Below are positions 36,241 through 46,734 of a DNA stretch of 64,000 bases, piece by piece (the stretch's first letter is position 1; each line of letters opens with the position of its first letter). Made by a program: the position numbers and the translations under genes. Source of the stretch: Squalus acanthias (taxonomy: Eukaryota); NCBI GenBank assembly GCA_030390025.1, contig CM059432.1, positions 15,626,001 to 15,690,000 on the forward strand, given 5' to 3'. The notes below the pieces were generated by a model. That model worked only from the letters and a program-made list of their open reading frames with translations. It was not told the DNA's origin and searched no databases.

Positions 36241-37132
36241 ATAGATCTGCTTGTTGCTTTGTATCTGGTTACAAAGAGTGCAGTTGGTGACCAGGAGAAA
36301 AAAATTTACATGAAAAGTTCCCTTTAACAGAAAGTTGGGTTGAGTTAAATTTGGCATTTCCTACCAAGTCTGGATTTCTGCTAATCTTTTTATATACTGA
36401 AGTTTGGCGATCTTTCCTTAAAAATCTGAAATCTGTTCACAGTAACCCACTCTAATCCATTATAGGCAAAGGTTTAGATGAAAAAGTTGACTGTTGTGGC
36501 GAATTTCAAAATGTAACTAATAATAGTTCTGTACAGTCCACACGTAGAATTTATGAAGTGTGAATTCAGGTTGGCCTGCCAAGAATAAGCACATTGTCGA
36601 TAAAACGTGTAATTACAAGGTCAGATTTCAACAACGGTGCAATATTTTTTGTGCAGTTGGGTGCTCGTGTTTTTATGGACATCTCGAGCATTGTGTGCAC
36701 AAGTATTAGACGTGGTGTTGAGTTACTTTTTGTAGGTCTTGGAAGGTCCGTTCTCCTCCAGAGGAAATGTATTCATTCATCCGTCTCCCCATCTGGCTGT
36801 GAAGGTTGCTTTGATGCCCACTTTTACAGAGCGCTGGATAAAGCAGCATTCTGTGAAAGGGGCCTTTCATTTCCTCCGAGGGTCTTCCCGAGGAGGGTCA
36901 GGTTCCCTGAACAAAAGAGCAGGCCCATTGCTTCATGTCGGCTGAGCAGCCTCTCGCTGCGACAGAAGATGGACTGTACGTACTTCAGCCACACAACCTC
37001 TGGACCTAGAACCTGATCTTTCAGCAAAACAGAAACTCAACTTACAACAAACAGCTTCCCTGAGACTCTTGTTTGCTTAAGCCTGAAATTTCAGCACTTG
37101 GCTGCATGTATTGAGTAAGGGTTATTTATTTT

Positions 37133-37612
37133 TCATAGGTTCATAGAAACTTGCAGCACAGGAGGAGGCCATTCGGCCCGTCATGCCTGTGCTGGCTCTT
37201 TGAAGGAGCAGTTGTGCTTAGTCCCACGTCCCCGCTATTTGTCCGTAACCCTGTAAGTTCCTCATCCTCAAGTAACCTGTTCAACTCCCTTTTTAAAATT
37301 ATTTATGGAACGGCTTCCACCACCTTTTCAGGTAGAGCGTTCCAGATCCTGACAACTCTGAGTCGAAAAAAATTCTCTTCATCGGCCCTCTAGATCTTTT
37401 TCCAATGATTTTGAATCTGTGACCTCTGGTTATTGACCCACCCGCCAGAGGGAATATTTTTTCTCTCTCTACTCAATCAAAATCTCTCATCATCTTGAAA
37501 ACCTCTATTAGGTCACCTCTTAACCTTCTCTGTTCCATGGAGAACAGTCCTAACTTTTCCAACCTCTCCTCATAACTGAATTCCCTCATCCCTGGTAACA
37601 CACTGGTAAACC
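37133..37612 (-). mobile_element. CR1 3' end
   Basis: Antisense CR1 RT C-terminus (LFSMEQRRLRGDLIEVFKMM) and tail. Confidence 0.88.
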
Positions 37613-38369
37613 TGGATACAAAGGTCAAAATTGTGTTTCATTTATGTGTGCACTTTAAGGGCTAATTTTTTTCTCTGTGGCTAAGGTTAATGAACAACAG
37701 ATGCAGTAAACCGGTGAGCAGGCCCAGTAGAAAGCTAATGTAGTTTCCTTCTGTTATTTTCTCCACTTATAGTGTTGTGTCTGCAAAAGTTGCTTGTTAG
37801 ACTATGTGAGGGGTGGGAGATGGTGGTGGGTGAATTGTATGTTTCTAAGGAATGGTGAGCTAGATGGGCTGAATAGTCTCCCTCATCTGAACTTCCCATT
37901 GTTAGTCTGCATCCCCATAACATGGGTGCAGCAGCCAGTGATTAGGGTGAGGATGATTATTAGCAGGAAGACGAACAAAAGGCAGCCTCCAGTGCGAAGG
38001 ACACAACACAACAGAACCAGCAACCGCGACAAGCACAGCTACCTGGACATCACCGAGGAGCAGTGCCCGATGGGGTTGAGGTTGGATGTGTGCAGGACAG
38101 TGAACCCTCTGCACTATCAGTGGCAGTGAAGGCCACTAACTGTCCTCCAACATTTATGCCACTAGATCCTTCCAGGCATCCACCGGGGCCTTCCCTGGAA
38201 TCAGTCCCATGCGCCATCTTCTGCTACATCAAACAGATTTATCCCCCACATCCATGTTCATAAAGTTTAGCCTGGACCACCACCAGTAGTTACGGATAGA
38301 CCTTTATCAGACTGCTTGCTTTCCCAAGGTAGAGAGGCTCATAAACCACACACTTGTATTCTTTTATGC

Positions 38370-38812
38370 CGTGGCTCAGTGGGTAGCACACTTGCCTCTG
38401 AGTCAGAAGGTTGTGGGTTCAAGTCCCACTCCAGAAACTGGAGCACAAAAATCTGGGCTGAGGGAGTGCTGCACTATCGGAGGAGCCATCTTTCAGATGA
38501 GACGTTAAACCGAGGCCCTGTCTGCCCTCTCAGGTGGACGTAAAAGATCCTATAGCACTATTTTGAAGATGAGCAGGGGGAGTTATCACCGGTGTCCTGG
38601 CCAATATTTATCCCTCAATCCACATCACTAAAAGAGATTATCTGGTCATTTGCGGTTTGTGGGAGCTTGCTGTGTGCAAATTGGCTGCCGCGTTTCCTAC
38701 ATTACAACAGTGACCACATTTTTAAAAAAAAAAGTACTACTGTACTTTGGCTGTAAAGCGCTTTGGGACATCTGGTGGTCTTGAAAGACACTACATAAAT
38801 GCAAATCTGTCT
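38370..38812 (+). mobile_element. DeuSINE inserted in the Harbinger relic
   Basis: Full head-core-tail; flanked by ct(t)ttatgc direct repeats. Confidence 0.9.
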
Positions 38813-39030
38813 TTATGCACCTATAAACAATTCTGTGGCAGACCTAAATGGGAATATCAACATACAAACGGTCAGTGACCTTGGCCAGAAAATAATACAT
38901 GGCCCTGGGGAGTATCTGTCACACATTCAATTCCGCACAGCATTTTGAAACAGTAGGACGGCTGGCTCCTTGAAGATGTGAGCTACGTAGTTCAATCCTG
39001 GCTGATGACACCTCTGTGTAACCTCTGTAC

Positions 39031-39302
39031 ATGATGCGGAGATGCCGGTGTTGGACTGGGGTGGACAAAATTGAGAGGTCGCACAACACCAGGTTATAGT
39101 CCAACAGTTTTATTTTAAATCACAAGCTTTCGGAGTTACAACTCCTTCGTCGGGTGAAGTGAGGAGATACAGAATCGTCAAAAGCTTTTGACGATTCTGT
39201 ATCTCCTCACTTCACCCGACGAAGGAGTTGTAACTCCGAAAGCTTGTGATTTAAAATAAAACTGTTGGACTATAACCTGGTGTTGTGCGACCTCTCAATT
39301 TT
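39031..39302 (-). mobile_element. Penelope family-1 insertion forming a perfect 236-bp palindrome (39067-39302) plus a 36-bp tail
   Basis: Arms are exact reverse complements about AAAAG|CTTTT (39184/39185); TSD AACCTCTGTAC at 39020-39030 and 39303-39313. Confidence 0.92.
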
Positions 39303-39649
39303 AACCTCTGTACTCCAGCAAAGATCTAATACACACTGAGCAACCAGTTGCTTGGGAAAGTCTGGGGGGCGGGGGGAGGGGGACGGATTAACAATAAAGG
39401 TAAGCAACATTGGATTAGCATAGTGAATGCTGTACGCAGAGCCCTCACAATGGGCTTGGATGAGGAGCAGCAGCGAGGCATTTTGGGCAAAGACCATGTG
39501 CAGATGCCAGCAGTAATGAGCCGTTGTAACCAGGGGCGACAGGTGTGGACGGCGCACGATAGCTAGCACTTGCAGGGAGCTCTACAGCTTTTCCACTGTG
39601 ACTTTCTAATGAACACGTTTACAGTCTGGGAGCTGCTAGCTGCTTTACC

Positions 39650-39855
39650 TGTTTTCTTTACCCAGAGAGTGGAACTCGCGACCTCCCGGAGTAGTTGAAG
39701 CGACTAGTATAATTGCATGTAAGGGGAAGCTAGATAAGCATATCGAAGGTTATGCTGATAGAGTTCGATGAGGAAGGATGGGGGGGGAGGCTCGAGTGGA
39801 GCGTAAACTGATCGGGCCGAATGGTCTGTTTATGTGCTGTATAGTCTATGTTATG
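39650..39855 (+). mobile_element. Degenerate CR1 3' end
   Basis: ctttacccagagagtgg...aaggggaagctagataagca...gggccgaatggtctg. Confidence 0.7.
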
Positions 39856-40692
39856 CCGCAAAGCACCATTCTGTTCACTTTGGTCCACTTTTGGAAAAAT
39901 GACAGTTCCTTTTCAAAAGATTCTTGACTACAGGATATATTAAAGTGCCATTTTTATTTAGCACCTGAGGTGTTTGAGTGCGTTGGTTTTTAAGCGTATT
40001 TAATGTCACTCTTCAAGGTGAAGTGCTCTCCGAGCTGAGGGAGTGGCCATGTTAGTCTGTTGCTGCCTGGGATTCAGATGCCCAGCTACCTGCATTGTAA
40101 CTAAGTGATACACCTGAAACAGAAGTGCCTTGTACAACAGATGTCCGCTCCTGTGTTTCTGTGCGTGCAATTGCTGGGTCCATCTCCTCATGAGGACGAG
40201 TTATCTGTCTGAGCCTAAAATACTAGGCCGCACCGAAGTTTTTGAACCTCTCCCCCTTAAGATTTTGTTTGTTACCTGTTAATGTTTGATGAAATAGGAC
40301 TTGCAGAGTTGTATAGTTTTATCGTCTTGCTTTACTTTAATCATGCAGTGTACACAATTAGTAGAAAAGATTGCTTTATAAGGAACATTTGACCCTGACT
40401 GTTTGGAAGAAAGTACCTTTTTAATGATGATTTGGCTCCTGTTGTGAGATTAGAGCGTTTGCTGATTAAACTGGGTTGGATTTCATTGTTTTCTCCTTCA
40501 GACCGGTTTGTATATTGGCAGCAACATCTGGGGTATTACAAAGGTCGATTTTCTTGTAGATAATGCTATTTCTAATCAGGAGGCACGTGTGGTTATTGGA
40601 AAGAATTTGTTCATGTAAACTATCTTATCTCAGTGAAAGCTTTTGTTAAAAATTACCCCAATGAAAGCAATGTCACTGCCTTTTCATTTCTT

Positions 40693-40897
40693 GAGAAGTC
40701 GCACAACACCAGGTTATAGTCCAACAGTTTTATTTGAAATCACAAGCTTTCGGAGCGGCTGCTCCTTCGTCAGGTGAAGTGAAGGAGCAGCCACTCCGAA
40801 AGCTTGTGATTTCAAATAAAGCTGTTGGACTATAACCTGGTGTTGTGCGACTTCTCACTTTTGTCCACCCCAGTCCAACACCGGCATCTCCGCATCA
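40693..40897 (+). mobile_element. Penelope family-1 fold-back copy
   Basis: ~77-bp inverted arms with a 12-nt spacer, tail ending cgcatca; 12-bp TSD TTTTCATTTCTT (40681-40692, 40898-40909). Confidence 0.88.
40740..40777 (-). ncRNA. Minimal type-I hammerhead ribozyme motif (Penelope-type)
   Basis: Minus strand UCAC-CUGACGA-A-GGAGC-AGCC-GCUCC-GAA-AGCU-U-GUGA: stem I UCAC/GUGA, stem II GGAGC/GCUCC, loopless palindromic stem III. Confidence 0.7.
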
Positions 40898-41339
40898 TTT
40901 TCATTTCTTAGCCTGTAGTTTGGAAATTCCGCTGTGCGACTTCCTTGTACTAACACTTACCATGTTCGTATTATACGCCTCTTTCAGCTGTTTTAACGTA
41001 GGCACGGATTTTTTTGTTTTTTATTCATTCATGGGATGTGGGCGGCACTAGCAAGGCCAGCATTCATTAGCCTTGAGAAGGTGGTGGTGAAAATAATACT
41101 TCCATTAAAATAGCGGACGTAGGAATTTGAAAAGAATGTGTTGAGCATTCATGTTATAATATAGCACAGCATAATTTTGAAGCTCATAAGTCAAATTAAC
41201 ATTTGTTTCCCCTGTCAAATAGTTTTTAAAGAACTTTCAATGCTGGTTTTAAAAAAAAAAAACCACAAGTACTTTTAGAAGACCTGGGGGACACATTTTG
41301 AGAAACCTATTGTTCAAATCTGTTGTCTTCATGGACTGA

Positions 41340-41845
41340 TAGCCCCTGCAATAGCGAGAGAGCACCTGGGGCGGGAGTGCTGTGTGTAGGGGCTGGGGTG
41401 GGAATGTTGGGTGGGGCTCCATGGTCTGCGGGGGGAGTGGGGAAGCCTGGGGTCAGGGGAGGTCCAAAGTTTCCTTGCAGGCCCTGGAGAAATGCTCCTT
41501 CTGCTCCTAGCTCACAAGGATTAAAAAATAATCAAGAACTTACCCGGGCCTCTTCTGGCCAGGATTCCGCCTGCCACTAGGTTTCCTCGGAGGCTCCAGC
41601 CCTGGGCATTGCAGCCACAATTCCCAGTTGTGATTGCGCCGGGGTCCGAATGATGTCATCAGATCCTGCAATTCAATATTAATGAGGCCCCCACTTGCCT
41701 GTGGCGGGCAGATTGGCGCTTGCAAAACCCGGGAGCTAAAATAACGTGGGCACAAACGCGGGGGGAACGCAGTGTGTAGTGCCTGACCGCCATTTTACCC
41801 CACCCACGCCATTCCCACCGAACGGGCAGGGTTAAAATCAGGACT
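41340..41845. mobile_element. GC-rich non-autonomous element remnant
   Basis: CpG-rich block ending gggttaaaatcaggac, like the other MITE termini. Confidence 0.5.
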
Positions 41846-42659
41846 GTAACCTTCATTCAGGGGCTCTTGAGTTCCGATCACAGTGCGATCGACTCAAGTT
41901 TTGTCAAGGGTCCACGAAAGTTCACTTTTTGGTTGTGCGTGCATTTTTGGAAGAAAGGGATAGGAATGTGCGTGCTGTACTGCAGAACTATGTCATCCAC
42001 CATCTGCTCCGTGACATAGTTGACATCATCAGGTCTGTGGTCCATATGGCCTTCCTCTCCCAGGCGAAAGACGTGGGTGGTTAGCAATAGCAGGCACTGT
42101 GAGCAAACATGGTGTAAAAGATAAATAAAAGGGATATTGTACCCCTGTTGACTTTCCTGTGAGAACAGAAATGGTTTGTGGTGCGTTGGTAGATCTTCAG
42201 ATGTGTTCCCAAGCATGGTGCTCATTCCACTCCACTTCAGTCTGCCTGTTGAGAAATGTTCATTTAAATTGTTAATCTGTATACAGTCGGGATTGGAGCA
42301 GCTGTCTTTAATAAATAGTCTGACAATAGTCTGATTCTGTTCATTCAAAGTTTCTTTTTGCTTGAAAAAAATCAAAGGATCTGGTTGTTCGAATTTGAAT
42401 CAAAGCACAGGAGTGGTTTTTTTCCCGGAGGATTTCAAACAGATAATTCAAATGAAGAAAGACAACCGTCCATGTCTCGAAAGACGATGGTATGAGTGCT
42501 GAAGCAGTCCAGTTACTTTGCCATGCAGCGACATTGTGCAATTCAAATTAAGAGGAGTAGATGCAAAGTAAATTAACTGTTGGTCAGATCAAGATAAAAT
42601 GCCTTTGTGGAATTCCTCATTGCAGATTGCAGTTCAGACCTTGATGTGCATCAGTTCAG

Positions 42660-43200
42660 TTCCTTATGTAAACTTGAGGTCATCCAAGACTTGGCTGCCC
42701 GTGTCCTAACTCGCACCAAGTCCCGTTCGCCCATCACCTCCGTGCTCGCTGACCTACATTGGCTCCCGGTTAAGAAAACGCCTTGATTTTAAAATTCTCA
42801 TTCCGGCACAGACACGATGGGCCGAATGGTCTCCTTCTGTGACGTAAATTTCTATGATTCATCCTTGTTTTCAAATCCCTCCCTGGGCTCGCCCCTCCCT
42901 ATCTCTGTAATCTCCAGCCCAACAACCCTCCCAGATATTTGCGCTTCAGTTCTGGCCTCTTGCGCATCCCGATTTTAATCGCTGCACCATTGGCGGCCGT
43001 GCCTTCAGCTGCCTCGGCCCTTAAGCTCTGGAATTCCCTCCCTAAACCTCTCCGCCTCTCTACCTCTCTCCTCCTTTAAGACGCTCTTTGACCAAGCTTT
43101 TGGTCATCTGTCCCAGGTCGGTGTCAAATTTTGTTTGCTAACGCTCCTGTGAAGCGCCTTGGGACATTTTACTATGTTAAAGGCGCTATATATGTGTATA
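42660..43200 (+). mobile_element. L2 3' end with a short CR1 tail inserted at 42803-42860
   Basis: aaacttgaggtcatccaagac...aaaattctcatt|ccggcacagacacgatgggccgaatgg..ctatgattc|atccttgttttc. Confidence 0.88.
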
Positions 43201-44145
43201 TATAATTGATGTATATTGTACACAACCTGCTTGAAAAATCAAGCATTAGTGAAACAGCCATATTAAAGTTCATAACAATGTAGATTTGGTGTTGCATCAA
43301 CGTTAAAAATTGTAGTAAAACCACAAGTGAAGTTGCCAGACTTGCAGCAGATCATATTTTGACACAAAGTGCAAGACAACAACAACTACTTGCATTTATA
43401 CAGCGCCTCTAACATAGTAAAACGTCCCGATTCGCATGTTTAACCAGCCTTCTCCCGGCCTGTTTCAGGCAGGCTGCCTGCCCATTGCGTCAGCTGAGCT
43501 TTAGGATTACTGGGGGGTGGCTGAGGCGGCCCCGACCCTGATTTTTCAATTGCTGGCCGCCTGTCTCTCAGGTGAGAAATCGCCCCCAACATGCTGGTTC
43601 TCTCCACAGGTGCTGACTGACCTGCTGACTGTCTCCAGCATTTTCTTTGTTTATATGAGTTATTTTGCCTTCTTTTGAAACTTTGCTTGGCTAATGAAAA
43701 GCCTTTGTGGAATTTTTATTGAGTGTGTGATAATGATCTGCCCTCAAGAATGTTTTGTGGCTTTGGCTTAAGAACCATCAACATAGTAGACTGTCTGCTT
43801 CATTTTATTGAAGTGGTTTACAGTGACTCAACGGTAATTGTTTTGACTAGGCTCCAACTGAAGCTAACTTGGTATTTTTGATGTATTTTAAATCAACTCA
43901 AATTGGTTCTTAGATTGATCTTCTAATATTCTTGTGTGCTGTGATTTTTAGAATTTGCTTAAATTCATTGTGGTCATTTTCTTTAATGTGATAAATATTC
44001 TGTTGTACACTTTCAAATGCTATTAGATAACCTAAATCCTAATGAATATATAATTTTCCCGCGTGTGAGTGTGCGTGTGTATACTGGGAGTCTTGTGCAT
44101 TGTCAGAGCCAGCATATTTTCCACAAATGTGTCACCTTGTACAAC

Positions 44146-44600
44146 GTGATGCGGAGATGCTGGTGTTGGACTGGGGTGGACAAAAATGAGAAGTTGCACA
44201 ACACCAGGTTATAGTCCAACAGTTTTATTTGAAATCACGAGCTTTCGGAGCGCTGCTCCTTCGTCAGGTAAAGTGAGGGAATACAAATCAGCAAAGCATA
44301 TATAGACAGAGAACAATGTGTTTCTGACTGCCCTCCATCACACCTCGGCAGAGATACAATCAGTCAGGAAGGCATTACATCAAAGACACAGCAAAATACA
44401 GCTAAGACAATGAGGTGGGGTCACAGGGGGTCCAACATGTCAAATGCTGCAGTCTGCAGTTAAGCTTTTTACTTTTTTTTAAAAACTGGAAATCACATCT
44501 GTGAACAAGACAATGACGACTCGAGTCTGGATGACTTTACGTCATGTAGCGTGACATGAAACCAAGATCCCGGTTGAGGCCGTCCTCATGGACGGCCTCA
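44146..44600 (-). mobile_element. Penelope family-1 copy: last ORF codons, 3' UTR and terminal repeat, with a short 5' fold-back
   Basis: Minus strand encodes HEDGLNRDLGFMSRYMT* (GIY-YIG PLE C-terminus); 14-bp hairpin at 44572-44603; 12-bp TSD ACCTTGTACAAC (44134-44145, 44601-44612). Confidence 0.9.
44235..44271 (-). ncRNA. Minimal type-I hammerhead ribozyme motif with CUC cleavage triplet
   Basis: Minus strand UUAC-CUGACGA-A-GGAGC-AGC-GCUCC-GAA-AGCU-C-GUGA. Confidence 0.7.
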
Positions 44601-44825
44601 ACCTTGTACAACAACAAGGAATGTGCCCCTTTTTGTCGATTTGAAGAAGGTTAGCATTCTCTGAGCATGTGTCGGCTGACGTGCAGAATAGGACAGTCCA
44701 GCTGGCTCCTAATCTACTACCCTCTAGTCTTTCAGCATTGCCACTTGCCTTCAGTGTTTCATCTATTCTAATGTCATCTGTGGTTTTAAAATTGCACAGC
44801 TAAGCTGGGTAGCAGTAACTATAAT

Positions 44826-45553
44826 GGCCCAGATATTCCGATCGCAGGCCTCCCGCGGGCGGAGGACTGCGATCTGGAAAAATCTGCGCCCTTACCTGAG
44901 GGCTCCCGGGACGCGCACAATTCCGATGCTGGGCCTCTCCAAACTGCGAGTGCGCAGGGCCCACATATCCCAGAGGCGCAGGTAGTTCGCAGCGTCCCTG
45001 GGATCACGTGGGCCATGGGGAGCCAATCACAGAAGGGAATCTCCCTTCATACACTTGACAGGAAGACCTGTCAAATATATGAATGGAGATCACCCCCAAA
45101 ACATAGTAAAACTTTAAATAAATAAAAAAAAACCATTACATTTTTAAAATGACTTGAAATTACAATAAATGAACTACTTTAAACAAAAATTTAAATTTTT
45201 GAAAAAATAATTAAAGTTTTTTACGGGGCTAAAAATAAACTTACCATTTTTTAAAGTATTTTAAATGATAAATCAGTTTTAAAAAAAAAAAAAAAAAAAT
45301 TTTTTTTGGTACTTTTTTTTCAACTCTTATCCTGGTAAAAGCAGGCCTTACGCCTGCTTTTACCAGGCGCAAGAATTGTAAGGGTTTTCTGCAGGTGGAG
45401 GGTCTCCAAAAAGCGGAACTATCCGCCCGCAGAGGCCCTTCTCCAGGGCAGCCGGAGGATCTGTCAAGTGCATGCCCGAAACCGGCATTTCCGATGTCCC
45501 TACGGGTGGGTACACAGCGCGTACCCACCCGTAGGGATCGGAATATCTGGCCC
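44826..45553. mobile_element. MITE family D (Harbinger-like) with GC-rich arms and an AT-rich centre
   Basis: 18-bp TIRs ggcccagatattccgatc / gatcggaatatctggccc (1 mismatch); AAT...AAT TSD; subterminal 16-bp stem at 45498-45536. Confidence 0.88.
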
Positions 45554-46734
45554 AATGTGTGCTAAATAATTGCAAAACTTTGAGCTGCGAGATTCTGTAT
45601 TTTCTCCCCAAGTGTTCAGACGTTACGTCGTCTTTGGGGTACGACGACACACTATAACCACTTCAGAAAGACTTGCCTTGCAAATGGCTTGCTGCGGAGA
45701 TGTTTGTCTATTTGAGCGCGTGTCATAAATGGTGATTAGTATTTCAGTGTTAAAGCGGTTAAGTGCGACCTATTGTGGAAAATAAAACCATACTATTTTC
45801 AGCTCAAGAAACTAGCAAAGAGCAAATTCAGGATCGCTATATGAAAGGTCCTGAAATGAGGTTAGTCATATGAAACTATTGTGACAGAGGTGTTTTAATG
45901 AGTTTATCAGTGTGTGTATTAAAATAGCAGAGAAAGAAAGAACTTGCAATTAAATAGCACCTTTCACAACCTCAGGATTTTCCATGGTGCTTTACAGCCA
46001 TTGAAGTACTTTTTGAAGTGTAGTCACTGTTGTAATGTAGGAAATGAATTCCATACAGACTCTTATTGAGCTCATATGCTAGTATCCCATGCTGTTACTT
46101 TAAGGCCAGTGTTCACCACACAAAGAGTGACCTATCTGTAGAATGGACATCCTGATAAGATTTTAGAGGCAAAATCCCTGAAATCAGATAGAAACCAGTT
46201 GGATGACGTGATCGGGGAGCTGGATGTTCTTCGAGACGAATGAGTTAGCGTGGGCTGATTGACTGTCCTCATCCATATCTGTTTTGTGATCTTGTATTGA
46301 TTCTCATTTAAGCAAAGTAATCGGTACTGATGTCTGAGAAAATACCCTTAATGAAACAAATGTTTCCATTCAATGTATCCTCATTAATGGTTGTCAGTTC
46401 TGATTTGGCATCTGGGGGGAGCTGCGCAGTAATTGAAGTTGTGTTGAAGTGTCACAGAGAACTAATCTTTCACAGCATTAACAACAACATCTTGCATTTA
46501 TATTAGCGCCTTTAATGTCGTAAAACATTCCAAGGTGCGTAACCAGACAAAAACGGACGAGATTTGTGATTGTCCGTCATTGGAGCCTACCTGTCCCTCT
46601 TGGGAGCAAATTTTGTTAGTTTGCAGCTGAGCCACCAGACGGAGCATAAAATCATTGGAGCACGAACATTGCGACTGCTCTGGGGACGGGGTGGGGGAGC
46701 ACCAAGTGAATTAGAAGAAAAATGGGAACATCCA

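Larger units (their letters stand above)
37922..39580 (+). pseudogene. Decayed PIF/Harbinger (HARBI1-family DDE) transposase, interrupted by a DeuSINE and a Penelope palindrome
   Basis: Ordered fragments: MGAA; RDKHSYLDITEEQC; ALSVAVKAT; NIYATRSFQASTG; CFPKVERLINHT (GFP.V.GAIDCTH); INIQTVSD (NVQLVCD); GWLLEDVSY..SWLMTP (GWLLGD.GY..WLMTP); TEQ; CLGKSGG; VSNIGLA**ML (CCMLHN). Multiple stops and frameshifts. Confidence 0.85.

Noticed and set aside
8865..40897. Palindromic elements as DNA-transposon MITEs, miRNA genes or CRISPR-like repeats
   Set aside because: The asymmetric tail, 11-12 bp TSDs, hammerhead motif and link to a GIY-YIG C-terminus point to Penelope-like retroelements. There is no repeat-spacer array.
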